Program-made: the position numbers and the translations under genes
Shown here: piece by piece, positions 13,364-27,050 of the stretch
Layout of the letters: each line of letters opens with the position of its first letter
How positions within the stretch are numbered: position 1 is the first letter of the stretch
Assembly: GCA_032718475.1 (NCBI GenBank)
Contig: JAUCBJ010007842.1
Span: 22,754-86,753, forward strand
DNA from: Nemertoderma westbladi
Lineage: Eukaryota > Animalia > Xenacoelomorpha
DNA: 64,000 bases
Reading direction: 5' to 3'
The notes under the pieces: model-generated
Databases searched by the model: none
What the model saw: the letters and a program-made list of their open reading frames with translations, nothing else
Told to the model about the DNA's origin: nothing

Positions 13364-13878
13364 GGCCCCCCTCACACGGAGCAACTTGTTTCTGCAACTT
13401 GTTTCTGAAACTTGTTGCAGGACCCCCTCACACACAGAAACAAGTTGCTGCAACTTGTTTCAGCAACTTGTTTCCGAAACTTGTTTCTGCAACTTGTTGC
13501 TGGACCCCCTCACACACAGAAACTTGTTGCTCAAGAAAATAACAATTATTTCAAAATAAATAGCTAACATGTCCAGTCATTTATATGTAATATCACATCA
13601 CTCAATTTATCTGATATTAGCTAGTATCAAAATGGAATGTAATAAACGTTTTTAAAAAAAGTTGCTGGGAATATAACTTCCAGCAACTTGTTGCTGGACT
13701 CCCTCACACACAGAAATAAGTTGCGGAAACAAGTTGCAGAAACTTGTGTCTGGAGTCCTCACACACGGAAACAAGTTTCGGAAACAAGTTGCAGCAACAA
13801 GTTTCTGTGTGTGAGGGGGTCCAGCAACAAGTTTCAGAAACAAGTTGCAGAAACAAGTTGCTCCGTGTGAGGAGGGCC
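13364..13878. mobile_element. PIF/Harbinger-type MITE with long subrepeat-built TIRs and a TTA target duplication
   Basis: TTA|GGCCCCCCTCACACGGAGCAACTTGTTTC... and ...GAAACAAGTTGCTCCGTGTGAGGAGGGCC|TTA. A 3-bp TWA TSD is characteristic of PIF/Harbinger. Confidence 0.85.
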
Positions 13879-15695
13879 TTAAACTCCTGATGCTGCCTTA
13901 CGCAATGATAAATAAATAATTTAATGTTCTAGAATATTTATGGCGTAAGTAAAGATCTACATAAACCAATATTGGATATTGAGTTCCGTTTTGGAGTTCG
14001 CCTTACAGACACTAAAGTTGCAATAACTTTTGAGTGTGAGAATGGATTGGATCAAATTACGAGCTTTAACTTTTTCTACTTCGATGCTATTTCAACACCA
14101 TGTAAATATAATTTAAGCAATTTCACCAAAAATATCATACTTTTTTTATCCGGGCAAAAGATAAAATCAATACAATCCTATGGGTTACTTTTTTCCCCTA
14201 AGTAAAAAGTACTCACTTTTTCTCCCGATTTGGGGTATATTCGAACGAAAAAATAACCAATTAAGAATAAATTAATTTTTAAACCGTACCAATTGCTGTA
14301 CATCATTGTTGCCCCGAATTATTCCTCTCTTATGCACATTCCTATCTGTGTTTGTGGGTTTAATAATGAATTTGTTTAACTTGATATTTGATCATTAATG
14401 CAGTTGTTTCTGTTCCCATATTATTTAAGTTAAGCTTTTTATTTAAGCTAATTTTCTCTGTATTTATTTATTTACCTATGGTTTTTATATATTGTATATT
14501 TTGCGAATTTGTTTGTTTCATATTTTTTGTTGTTGTATTTCGGTGGTTTGTCCCTAACACAGAATTAAACTACCGCACATTATATGTTTAATATTATGTT
14601 TATGTACTTAGCTAGGCTTTCATTATTTTTATTAGTTTTGGGCTTGGAATCAACTTTACATTCCAGAATATTATTTTTAATTAATTACTTTCAATATCAG
14701 ACAAACACACGACCGACACACCACACTGCACTGTTTAATAACCCAGCACAAATATTTAGATAACATTGTTGAAATTTAAATAATGTACTACCCAGTGATT
14801 CCTCTTGGTTTTTAGATTTAGATTTGTAATAAATATTGCCAATTAATAACACCAAATTTTAAGTTTGTTTATTTTTATATTTAGTTGACTTTTCGGGTGA
14901 ACCAACAAATTGGTGAATTCATCAGTGTTCACGAAGCCAAAAAATATAAATTTGTTTATTGTTTTGTTTAGATAATAATAAATAATACACTAAAACACAT
15001 ATATTTCAAATGTTGTTTACTCGAATTAAAACAATGTTGAATATCCCAATACACCGTGCAATGGCTGATTGTAAAGGTATTATTTTCTTTATAAATTAAC
15101 TCAATTTATTGTGCTTACAGCATCTTGGCCGATGGGTTCGAGAATTTATTAGATGCGATTACTGACAACCCACCATTGTTTTCCGTCTTTTATTCCATTT
15201 GTCTGTCTGTCTGTCTGTTTGTCTTCAAACTTTTATTTGTCGCGAATATAAATGCATATCCTTTTTTTTATGTTTATCCTGAATATCATTGTGCTTTTTA
15301 ATTGTTTGTGCAAGGCAATAGAGTCACGTTGGTATATTATTTATATATATATATATTATTTGTCTTTAATATCATAAACTTGGTATTATACGCCTATCGG
15401 AATTAGTTACTCCCTCGGGTTCCTTGAAGTTCGCTTTTATTTTTTCATATATGAGATGAGAAAGTTAACATTAGCAAGAGTAACTCCTACAAGTATTTTA
15501 TCTTTTTGACACTTTATAAATCGACATGTCAAATAAATATGAGACTGCCAGTCATAACCAAAAAACATAAATAATATTATAATAATACTAATAACATCCT
15601 AGTGTTTCAACATTGCTTACGTCACTGCACCTACAATTAATAGTCAGTCTATTGATGTAGTAAAACTCAAGTTTATTTCACTACCCCTAAAATGT

Positions 15696-16565
15696 TCAAT
15701 CTATTGGAAACTTATAAAGTGCAGCCAATTGTCCGTTATGCCAAATTCTACCGGTTTGCTTCATGACTTCTTTGTCTGTTGCCAAGGCGACGACTGAACG
15801 CCCTGCAGTCTCCACTGAGAACGACTGATTGGTTGCGAATATTGGCCGCAGTAGGTCAATAAGACCCCGCTCGCTCTCCTCGTGATCACCCGTGTCGACT
15901 TTGTACTTCAAGGTCTTTACGTGATCAGTTAGAGTGACCCCGGGGTCTAACCCGACTACGGCCACGTTGCGTGGGCGTAGATCCTTGGCCGTGGTCACCG
16001 TCATGCGGTCTATAGCCGCCTTCACCATGCAGTAGGTCGCACCGAAGAAAACATGTTCGGGTTCGGATCCGTCCTCCTTGGGTTTGCCTTGGTATCCGTC
16101 CGTTGTGTTCACTATTAACCCGCTCCCTTGTCTCACCATAATTCGCGCGCCGAGCACGGAAGCCACGTAGTGAGCCGTTAGCCCAATTCCGGCCATTTTC
16201 GTGAAGCTGTCTATTGGCCATTCCCAGAAATAGTCGCCAGTGTGATCTTGGATGACAGACTTCCCGGGGAAACACTGGTTGACTAGAATGTCTAGACGAT
16301 TCTCGTTCATCTCTATGAGGTCGAACAGTCGAACTATTTCAGCTTCCACCGAGTGGTCGCATTTTATCGCCACTACCTGACCGCCTCTCTTCCGACAGAG
16401 TTCGGCGACTTCGTCCAATGATCGTCCCGGCCTGTTTGGGTCGGCCTCCTTGGTTCGTCCAGTTATGTAGACGGTGGCTCCGGCCTCCGCCAATTGCAAG
16501 GCAAAACCTCGGCCGATTCCCCCAGAAGCCCCAGTTACTAAGGCAACTTTCCCAGTCAGAGACAT
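15696..16565 (-). CDS. DHRS1: Short-chain dehydrogenase/reductase, DHRS1-like, intronless, 289 aa
   Basis: TGASGGIG cofactor motif, ATVYITGR, CDHS, RLDILVN, FWE, HYVASVLGARIMV and catalytic YCMVK. Confidence 0.88.
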   Translation of the reverse strand: MSLTGKVALVTGASGGIGRGFALQLAEAGATVYITGRTKEADPNRPGRSLDEVAELCRKRGGQVVAIKCDHSVEAEIVRLFDLIEMNENRLDILVNQCFPGKSVIQDHTGDYFWEWPIDSFTKMAGIGLTAHYVASVLGARIMVRQGSGLIVNTTDGYQGKPKEDGSEPEHVFFGATYCMVKAAIDRMTVTTAKDLRPRNVAVVGLDPGVTLTDHVKTLKYKVDTGDHEESERGLIDLLRPIFATNQSFSVETAGRSVVALATDKEVMKQTGRIWHNGQLAALYKFPID

Positions 16566-16729
16566 CGTATTATAAAGTATATAATATAAACAATCAAATA
16601 AATAATGAAAAAATAAAAACTAACAAAATATTATTATATAAATTATAAATAGATAATAAAAATAAGACCCTCCGTTGTAATTAAATCTATGGCGTAACAA
16701 AGCAAATCTATATAAAATGTATGTTACCA

Positions 16730-17000
16730 GTCTCCCACCATGGTGTAGTGGTTGCATTGAATTCACATCTCCTGTAGGCTGTAGGTCGTGGGTTCGATCC
16801 TTATATGGCCAGGGCAGTTTTAGTTTCGGCATGAATGCTTTAAAGAGACCAGCCAGGGCGCATCTCTGCCCTGTATCCTTAAATGGTAGCTATGAGTACT
16901 GGATTTTCCCCTGGGGAGTATAGTTCTGGGGGGACCGCACTGGAATTAAGTCGTCAGACTTTGTGCGCGGCCGAAGAGAAGATTTACTTTACTTACTTTT
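16730..17000 (+). mobile_element. tRNA-derived SINE
   Basis: A box TGGTGTAGTGG (16741), B box GGTTCGATCC (16791), a body and a TTTAC-repeat tail. Confidence 0.75.
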
Positions 17001-17164
17001 TTGCCAAAACTGAATAAAATTTGAAATTGAAGTCAAAATTAAGAAGCCATTTTATTTCGCGCTTATGTGAAAGCAACAGTATAGGCACACTGTGTACTTT
17101 GTATGTAGTTTAGTATCAATTTGTCGGGCTATTTCATTTTCCTTAATATATAATATAATACTAG

Positions 17165-17610
17165 TGTGGGGCGAGCGACGAAAGTAAGCGAGCTTAGCAT
17201 ACAGGTACCACTAACTCAATCGGTGTGTCTGTTGCTCTGTTGTTCTGTTGTGTCCAATTTTAAACGTTAATAACTCAGCCAAATGTTAATGAAATTTAAC
17301 CAAACTTGGTACACATGTAGTCTGGCCAAAGTTTAGAAATTTTCCAAGTTGAATTTGCGTCGGGTCTTCGTGCAGCATCTGTGTAACTGTCTTACAGCTA
17401 TAATAAATTAATCTACCCAAAAATTATTAGGCTTGGCATCAGCTGGTTGCTAGGAGACTACAGGATTGCTGTTTCAGTATTACTGCTTTCTTTGATTGAT
17501 TGGTGGTGTGGGTAAATTTCTCAAAACCTGATTTTGGGATACAGTCGCTCAATTTTAATCTGTATCTGATAACTGAGCCTCGTCCTGCGCGATATTAGCC
17601 ACTCAAATCG
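17165..17610 (+). mobile_element. Short cargo-free copy of the TGTGGGGCGAG HINE-like family
   Basis: Shared 5' end, (CTGTTG)-type microsatellite, AAACTTGGTACACATG core and a degenerate 3' end. Confidence 0.75.
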
Positions 17611-18674
17611 TTCATTACGGCTGTTGCTATAGTTACTGGTAAGGTAATAAATAAAAAGTATGCACTTAATGCATAACTAATAATTCTGTAGTCTATTCTG
17701 TACTCTTATGTGTTACGGCTGCTCCGGATTAAATATCCCTAAAAATAAAGCGTTCTCAAATTGCAAATTATCATCGGGCCTTTTGAACAAAATTAAATAT
17801 TATAATAGGCATATAAGAAGTTTATATACGAGTTATCCTAAATCAAAAAACTGGCAGCTTTCGACTGGTAATTACTTTTTTAGTTATTATATTATGTCAA
17901 CCAAAGTAGTGAGTGGAATGTCTATACTAATAAAATTCTTAATTGGGGAATAATAACTTAATGAATAGTTAGTTACAACAACGGCTAGTTCTTATTTGTA
18001 CATGAAGAACACAGGGTGTATAATTTGTAGTAACTTGCACATGTTGTCGCTCTAACATTTACCGTTAATCGCCCCTACATACAACCAATTAACCCGCATA
18101 TTATATACAAGGTGAATATTTTGACATACTAATAATTATTAATATAAATATATTGTTTAGCGAAATGTAAATTGTCATTTCATTAAATCAACTGTATCGA
18201 TAAGCCGTAATGCGACTAAAATGGCGACTTATCTGCGCCCTGTTGCTGTTGAGGGAAATTCAAAATTAAACCTAGCAATCTACTAGCTACTCCAGGTAGT
18301 TGTTAGTTCATTGACACCATAATGTGATACTAAATGATGAGAAATCACAATTAATTACACCTCGCCACCGACACAGTACTATAAACTTAAAAACATAAAC
18401 AAACATAATTACACTAATAATGTTTACATATATGGGGGGGGGGGGGGGGGGGGGGGAACTTTACGCAATAAAAATTCACCCCTCTTCAGGGGAAATTCGA
18501 CGCAAATAACAGTTGATTACTCTCAAAAAAAAAAACTGTAACCTGTTCTATTGTGCTTAGTTTATTGTTTTGGTTAAAATACCGTGCCACTGCGTGACCT
18601 GCCCCTTTCCCTAAATAGAGAATTTAACATTGAGGCGGGATATTAATTCGCCAAGGCGGGTTTTGCGTCGAGAT

Positions 18675-18705
<31 letters not shown>

Positions 18706-18896
18706 TGTCTGAATTTTTACCATCTACTCAACAATTAATTGTGCATAATGTAATTAATGAATGTGGCTGAACCGTTACAAAATGGCAAAATTAGTTTCTC
18801 TCTTAAATTTTAAGTCCATTGCCTATCTCAAAATAAAGTACTTGTTACTACTGTAGAATTGACCCATGAACTGTGCCATTCTTTCCATTCTGTGCC

Positions 18897-18994
18897 ACAG
18901 TTTTCTGTAACAGTTTTCTGCAACAGTTTTCTGTAGTGTTATTTATATATAACACTACAGAAAACTGTTACAGAAAACTGTTGCAGAAAACTGT
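18897..18994. repeat. Palindrome with 45-bp arms built from ACAGTTTTCTG subunits
   Basis: Arms match at 43 of 45 positions around an AT-only loop. Confidence 0.9.
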
Positions 18995-19189
18995 TGTAGT
19001 GAAAACAGTGCTTTATGTATTATATTAGGCCTAGATAATAATGTATTATTATTTATGAACATTAATATGTTTCAATCCTCCATGGATGTTAATAGAGTTA
19101 ATTAGCACAATAATAAAACAAATAAATATATATTAAAATTTAAGGATGTAAAAACTTGTAGCAATTATTATGATAAAATGCAGAATATT

Positions 19190-20275
19190 TCGAGTAGGTA
19201 TTATTAAAAAGAAGAGTTGTTTATTTTTTAGAATTACTCAGGTTTTTCGAGGCACAACAAGAATTGAGCACGTAGAGCGAGTCGCAGGTTAAAGGTGTCT
19301 GTGATTGCAGTGCAGATGTTTGCATGACCTTTGTCTATCGAAGGTTGATAATGTAGCCAACAGATGCAGGCAGAAGACGGACGCCACCACGTAGATTTTT
19401 CGCATATTTGGTGGTGAAACCCGTTCGATACAAAGTGGGTCGCAGCTCCACCACGTCGACCTGACAGGGAGGCGAGGTCAATGTTAGTATCAGGGACTGA
19501 AATCGGGGCGGTCCACTGCACTAAGTATGGCTGTGGTCGAGGCGAACTTGCTTACCCCACTCACACCACAGTTTCCAGTAAATGAACCAAGTCTGAAATG
19601 AACCAAGTCTGGTATATCAGCTGAACTGTGGAAAACTTCGCAGTCGTATGTAATTGCAGGATATATAATGACAATGCTGCCAATGACATTTGCTGATTCC
19701 AAAGAGATTATATGAAGGTTAACTCTAGTGGATAGACGCATGCAGGAGGCGATGACTTTATTGTATAGAAGATCATGATGACCTGATGATATATTTCTAG
19801 TTGTGAACATCACACCCAAATATACAAAGCTGCTTACAAACTCGACTAATTCGCGTTCTTATAAGAAAGTTTATCTGAAGATGCTAAACGGCCACCAAGG
19901 CGAAATTTAATGGCCTTTGTTTTTCTTAGGTTAACCTTAAGATTATTTATATTGCAGTACTCTTCCAGTTCATTGAGTCCCGCCTGTACTTCCTCTATCG
20001 AGTTGCTGGCTATGACTAAGTCATCTGCGTATAATAATATCAAGCACCCAACAGCAGTGATAAAAGCTGGAAGATCTGCAGTGCGATAGACTGAACGGTA
20101 GTGGTGATAATTTTTCGCCTTGGGTGACACCAACATTCTGAGATATTGGATCAAGAATGTAACCACCAATGCAAATGCAGACAAAATTTATCGCAATCGC
20201 TTTTTTTTTACTCCGAGACGTGATAACCTCTGAGATATGAGCCATGAGGCAGGGTAAGTAGTCATATAGAAGCAA
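19190..20275 (-). pseudogene. Degenerate non-LTR retrotransposon RT/C-terminal fragment, a family distinct from RTE family A (possibly RTE-X-like)
   Basis: GVTQGEKLSPL, LLYADDLVI, LKVNLRKTKAIKFRLGGRL and YLGVMF, spread over frameshifts. Confidence 0.8.
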
Positions 20276-20527
20276 AGTGAGAAGAAGGGTATGGTAGCAG
20301 GAGATTCCGAGTCAATGGGTACATCGAGTCAAAGAGTACCACAGGTCAAAGAGTACACAAATGGAAAAAAGGGTACAACAGGTCAATGTGAACAACAGGC
20401 ATGCCAAAGGGTATAAAAACCACGTCAAAGGGTACAAATCTTATAGAAAGGGTAGGCCTACAACAGGACAAAGTGAACAACAGGGATTTTTATACTGTAT
20501 GAGCCTCGCTGGTTATTGTAGTGGCGG

Positions 20528-20693
20528 CCTCAACCCTAATTAAAACTGTCATGTAACCCTAAGTCTAAGTCATCATCCTAAGTTAACGGCCCTTCGGGCC
20601 TAGATGTCAATAATGTCAGAAATTCCGCTAAATTTCTTAGATTATGACTTACGGTTCGGGTTACATGACAGTTTTAATCAGTTATGGTTGAGG
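20528..20693. repeat. Small inverted-repeat element (ATTAAAACTGTCATGTAACCC / GGGTTACATGACAGTTTTAAT)
   Basis: 21-bp perfect inverted repeat plus an outer CCTCAACC/GGTTGAGG match. Confidence 0.75.
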
Positions 20694-20736
20694 TCTGACC
20701 AACTAACCCTAACCAAAATAATAAACGAACTAAATA

Positions 20737-23700
20737 ACCGCCTGGTTTGTGCCCTTTGACCGCCTGGTTTGTACCCTTTGGCCGCCTTGTTTTGTGCCCT
20801 TTAACCGCCTGGTTTGTACCCTTTGACTCGTTTTGTTTGTACCCTTTGACTCGTTTTGTTTGTACCCTTTGACTCGTTTTGTTTGTACCCTTTGACTCCT
20901 GGTTTGTGCCCTTTGACCGCCTGGTTTGTACCCTTTGACCGCCTGGTTTGTACCCTTTGACCGCCTGGTTTGTGCCCTTTGACCGCCTGGTTTGTACCCT
21001 TTGACTGCCTGGTTTGTGCCCTTTGACCGCCTGGTTTGTACCCTTTGACCGCCTGGTTTGTGCCCTTTGACCGCCTGGTTTGTACCCTTTGACTGCCTGG
21101 TTTGTGCCCTTTGACCGCCTGGTTTGTACCCTTTGACCGCCTGGTTTGTACCCTTTGACCGCCTGGTTTGTACCCTTTGACTGCCTGGTTTGTGCCCTTT
21201 GACCGCCTGGTTTGTACCCTTTGACCGCCTGGTTTGTACCCTTTGACCGCCTGGTTTGTACCCTTTGACCGCCTGGTTTGTGCCCTTTGACCGCCTGGTT
21301 TGTGCCCTTTGACCGCCTGGTTTGTGCCCTTTGACCGCCTGGTTTGTACCCTTTGACCGCCTGGTTTGTACCCTTTGACTGCCTGGTTTGTGCCCTTTGA
21401 CCGCCTGGTTTGTACCCTTTGACTGCCTGGTTTGTGCCCTTTGACCGCCTGGTTTGTGCCCTTTGACCGCCTGGTTTGTACCCTTTGACCGCCTGGTTTG
21501 TGCCCTTTGACGCCTGGTTTGTGCCCTTTGACCGCCTGGTTTGTGCCCTTTGACCGCCTGGTTTGTACCCTTTGACCACCTGGATTGTGCCCTTTGACTG
21601 CCTGGTTTGTGCCCTTTGACCGCCTGGTTTGTGCCCTTTGACCGCCTGGTTTGTACCCTTTGACCGCCTGGTTTGTGCCCTTTGACCGCCTGGTTTGTAC
21701 CCTTTGACCGCCTGGTTTGTACCCTTTGACCGCCTGGTTTGTACCCTTTGACCGCCTGGTTTGTGCCCTTTAACCGCCTGGTTTGTACCCTTTGACTCGT
21801 TTTGTTTGTACCCTTTGACTCCTGGTTTGTACTCTTTGACCGCCTGGTTTGTACCCTCTGACCGCCTGGTTTGTACCCTTTGACCGCCTGGTTTGTACCC
21901 TTTGACTGCCTGGTTTGTGCCCTTTGACCGCCTGGTTTGTACCCTTTGACCGCCTGGTTTGTACCCTTTGACTGCCTGGTTTGTGCCCTTTGACCGCCTG
22001 GTTTGTACCCTTTGACCGCCTGGTTTGTGCCCTTTAACCGCCTGGTTTGTACCCTTTGACCGCCTGGTTTGTACCCTTTGACCGCCTGGTTTGTACCCTT
22101 TGACCGCCTGGTTTGTACCCTTTGACCGCCTGGTTTGTGCCCTTTAACCGCCTGGTTTGTACCCTTTGACTCGTTTTGTTTGTACCCTTTGACTCCTGGT
22201 TTGTACTCTTTGACCGCCTGGTTTGTACCCTTTGACTCCTGGTTTGTGCCCTTTAACCGCCTGGTTTGTACCCTTTGACTCGTTTTGTTTGTACCCTTTG
22301 ACTCCTGGTTTGTACTCTTTGACCGCCTGGTTTGTACCCTTTGACTCCTGGTTTGTACTCTTTGACCGCCTGGTTTGTACCCTTTGACTCCTGGTTTGTA
22401 CTCTTTGACCGCCTGGTTTGTACCCTTTGACTCCTGGTTTGTACTCTTTGACCGCCTGGTTTGTACCCTTTGACTCCTGGTTTGTACTCTTTGACCGCCT
22501 GGTTTGTACCCTTTGACTCCTGGTTTGTACTCTTTGACCGCCTGGTTTGTACCCTTTGACTCCTGGTTTGTACTCTTTGACCGCCTGGTTTGTACCCTTT
22601 AACCGCCTGGTTTGTGCCCTTTGACCGCCTGGTTTGTACCCTTTGACTCCTGGTTTGTACTCTTTGACCGCCTGGTTTGTACCCTTTGACTCCTGGTTTG
22701 TACTCTTTGACCGCCTGGTTTGTACCCTTTGACCGCCTGGTTTGTGCCCTTTGACCGCCTGGTTTGTACCCTTTGACTCCTGGTTTGTACTCTTTGACCG
22801 CCTGGTTTGTACCCTTTGACCGCCTGGTTTGTGCCCTTTGACCGCCTGGTTTGTACCCTTTGACCGCCTGGTTTGTACCCTTTGACCGCCTGGTTTGTAC
22901 CCTTTGACCGCCTGGTTTGTGCCCTTTAACCGCCTGGTTTGTACCCTTTGACTCGTTTTGTTTGTACCCTTTGACTCCTGGTTTGTACTCTTTGACCGCC
23001 TGGTTTGTACCCTCTGACCGCCTGGTTTGTACCCTTTGACCGCCTGGTTTGTACCCTTTGACTGCCTGGTTTGTGCCCTTTGACCGCCTGGTTTGTACCC
23101 TTTGACCGCCTGGTTTGTACCCTTTGACTGCCTGGTTTGTGCCCTTTGACCGCCTGGTTTGTACCCTTTGACCGCCTGGTTTGTGCCCTTTAACCGCCTG
23201 GTTTGTACCCTTTGACCGCCTGGTTTGTACCCTTTGACCGCCTGGTTTGTACCCTTTGACCGCCTGGTTTGTACCCTTTGACCGCCTGGTTTGTGCCCTT
23301 TAACCGCCTGGTTTGTACCCTTTGACTCGTTTTGTTTGTACCCTTTGACTCCTGGTTTGTACTCTTTGACCGCCTGGTTTGTACCCTTTGACTCCTGGTT
23401 TGTGCCCTTTAACCGCCTGGTTTGTACCCTTTGACTCGTTTTGTTTGTACCCTTTGACTCCTGGTTTGTACTCTTTGACCGCCTGGTTTGTACCCTTTGA
23501 CTCCTGGTTTGTACTCTTTGACCGCCTGGTTTGTACCCTTTGACTCCTGGTTTGTACTCTTTGACCGCCTGGTTTGTACCCTTTGACTCCTGGTTTGTAC
23601 TCTTTGACCGCCTGGTTTGTACCCTTTGACTCCTGGTTTGTACTCTTTGACCGCCTGGTTTGTACCCTTTGACTCCTGGTTTGTACTCTTTGACCGCCTG

Positions 23701-26700
23701 GTTTGTACCCTTTGACTCCTGGTTTGTACTCTTTGACCGCCTGGTTTGTACCCTTTAACCGCCTGGTTTGTGCCCTTTGACCGCCTGGTTTGTACCCTTT
23801 GACTCCTGGTTTGTACTCTTTGACCGCCTGGTTTGTACCCTTTGACTCCTGGTTTGTACTCTTTGACCGCCTGGTTTGTACCCTTTGACCGCCTGGTTTG
23901 TGCCCTTTGACCGCCTGGTTTGTACCCTTTGACTCCTGGTTTGTACTCTTTGACCGCCTGGTTTGTACCCTTTGACCGCCTGGTTTGTGCCCTTTGACCG
24001 CCTGGTTTGTACCCTTTGACCGCCTGGTTTGTACCCTTTGACCGCCTGGTTTGTACCCTTTGACCGCCTGGTTTGTGCCCTTTAACCGCCTGGTTTGTAC
24101 CCTTTGACTCGTTTTGTTTGTACCCTTTGACTCCTGGTTTGTACTCTTTGACCGCCTGGTTTGTACCCTCTGACCGCCTGGTTTGTACCCTTTGACCGCC
24201 TGGTTTGTACCCTTTGACTGCCTGGTTTGTGCCCTTTGACCGCCTGGTTTGTACCCTTTGACCGCCTGGTTTGTACCCTTTGACTGCCTGGTTTGTGCCC
24301 TTTGACCGCCTGGTTTGTACCCTTTGACCGCCTGGTTTGTGCCCTTTAACCGCCTGGTTTGTACCCTTTGACCGCCTGGTTTGTACCCTTTGACCGCCTG
24401 GTTTGTACCCTTTGACCGCCTGGTTTGTACCCTTTGACCGCCTGGTTTGTGCCCTTTAACCGCCTGGTTTGTACCCTTTGACTCGTTTTGTTTGTACCCT
24501 TTGACTCCTGGTTTGTACTCTTTGACCGCCTGGTTTGTACCCTTTGACTCCTGGTTTGTGCCCTTTAACCGCCTGGTTTGTACCCTTTGACTCGTTTTGT
24601 TTGTACCCTTTGACTCCTGGTTTGTACTCTTTGACCGCCTGGTTTGTACCCTTTGACTCCTGGTTTGTACTCTTTGACCGCCTGGTTTGTACCCTTTGAC
24701 TCCTGGTTTGTACTCTTTGACCGCCTGGTTTGTACCCTTTGACTCCTGGTTTGTACTCTTTGACCGCCTGGTTTGTACCCTTTGACTCCTGGTTTGTACT
24801 CTTTGACCGCCTGGTTTGTACCCTTTGACTCCTGGTTTGTACTCTTTGACCGCCTGGTTTGTACCCTTTGACTCCTGGTTTGTACTCTTTGACCGCCTGG
24901 TTTGTACCCTTTAACCGCCTGGTTTGTGCCCTTTGACCGCCTGGTTTGTACCCTTTGACTCCTGGTTTGTACTCTTTGACCGCCTGGTTTGTACCCTTTG
25001 ACTCCTGGTTTGTACTCTTTGACCGCCTGGTTTGTACCCTTTGACCGCCTGGTTTGTGCCCTTTGACCGCCTGGTTTGTACCCTTTGACTCCTGGTTTGT
25101 ACTCTTTGACCGCCTGGTTTGTACCCTTTGACCGCCTGGTTTGTGCCCTTTGACCGCCTGGTTTGTACCCTTTGACCGCCTGGTTTGTACCCTTTGACCG
25201 CCTGGTTTGTACCCTTTGACCGCCTGGTTTGTGCCCTTTAACCGCCTGGTTTGTACCCTTTGACTCGTTTTGTTTGTACCCTTTGACTCCTGGTTTGTAC
25301 TCTTTGACCGCCTGGTTTGTACCCTCTGACCGCCTGGTTTGTACCCTTTGACCGCCTGGTTTGTACCCTTTGACTGCCTGGTTTGTGCCCTTTGACCGCC
25401 TGGTTTGTACCCTTTGACCGCCTGGTTTGTACCCTTTGACTGCCTGGTTTGTGCCCTTTGACCGCCTGGTTTGTACCCTTTGACCGCCTGGTTTGTGCCC
25501 TTTAACCGCCTGGTTTGTACCCTTTGACCGCCTGGTTTGTACCCTTTGACCGCCTGGTTTGTACCCTTTGACCGCCTGGTTTGTACCCTTTGACCGCCTG
25601 GTTTGTGCCCTTTAACCGCCTGGTTTGTACCCTTTGACTCGTTTTGTTTGTACCCTTTGACTCCTGGTTTGTACTCTTTGACCGCCTGGTTTGTACCCTT
25701 TGACTCCTGGTTTGTGCCCTTTAACCGCCTGGTTTGTACCCTTTGACTCGTTTTGTTTGTACCCTTTGACTCCTGGTTTGTACTCTTTGACCGCCTGGTT
25801 TGTACCCTTTGACTCCTGGTTTGTACTCTTTGACCGCCTGGTTTGTACCCTTTGACTCCTGGTTTGTACTCTTTGACCGCCTGGTTTGTACCCTTTGACT
25901 CCTGGTTTGTACTCTTTGACCGCCTGGTTTGTACCCTTTGACTCCTGGTTTGTACTCTTTGACCGCCTGGTTTGTACCCTTTGACTCCTGGTTTGTACTC
26001 TTTGACCGCCTGGTTTGTACCCTTTGACTCCTGGTTTGTACTCTTTGACCGCCTGGTTTGTACCCTTTAACCGCCTGGTTTGTGCCCTTTGACCGCCTGG
26101 TTTGTACCCTTTGACTCCTGGTTTGTACTCTTTGACCGCCTGGTTTGTACCCTTTGACTCCTGGTTTGTACTCTTTGACCGCCTGGTTTGTACCCTTTGA
26201 CCGCCTGGTTTGTGCCCTTTGACCGCCTGGTTTGTACCCTTTGACTCCTGGTTTGTACTCTTTGACCGCCTGGTTTGTACCCTTTGACCGCCTGGTTTGT
26301 GCCCTTTGACCGCCTGGTTTGTACCCTTTGACCGCCTGGTTTGTACCCTTTGACCGCCTGGTTTGTACCCTTTGACCGCCTGGTTTGTGCCCTTTAACCG
26401 CCTGGTTTGTACCCTTTGACTCGTTTTGTTTGTACCCTTTGACTCCTGGTTTGTACTCTTTGACCGCCTGGTTTGTACCCTTTGACTCCTGGTTTGTACT
26501 CTTTGACCGCCTGGTTTGTACCCTTTGACCGCCTGGTTTGTACCCTTTGACCGCCTGGTTTGTACCCTTTGACCGCCTGGTTTGTACCCTTTGACCGCCT
26601 GGTTTGTGCCCTTTAACCGCCTGGTTTGTACCCTTTGACTCGTTTTGTTTGTACCCTTTGACTCCTGGTTTGTACTCTTTGACCGCCTGGTTTGTACCCT

Positions 26701-27050
26701 TTGACTCCTGGTTTGTACTCTTTGACCGCCTGGTTTGTACCCTTTGACTCCTGGTTTGTACTCTTTGACCGCCTGGTTTGTACCCTTTGACCGCCTGGTT
26801 TGTACCCTTTGACCGCCTGGTTTGTACCCTTTGACCGCCTGGTTTGTACCCTTTGACCGTCTGGTTTGTGCCCTTTAACCGCCTGGTTTGTACCCTTTGA
26901 CTCGTTTTGTTTGTACCCTTTGACTCCTGGTTTGTACTCTTTGACCGCCTGGTTTGTACCCTTTGACCGCCTGGTTTGTACCCTTTGACCGCCTGGTTTG
27001 TACCCTTTGACCGCCTGGTTTGTACCCTTTGACCGCCTGGTTTGTGCCCC
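20737..27050 (+). repeat. 22/21-bp satellite (GACCGCCTGGTTTGTACCCTTT), about 6.3 kb, with a 1156-bp higher-order repeat
   Basis: The rare variant CCTCTG recurs at 21855, 23011, 24167 and 25323. Confidence 0.95.

Noticed and set aside
20737-27050. CRISPR-like array or repetitive protein ORFs (20674..21579, 26613..27137)
   Set aside because: Monomers are contiguous with no unique spacers and there are no cas genes. The ORFs arise from stop-free satellite frames.
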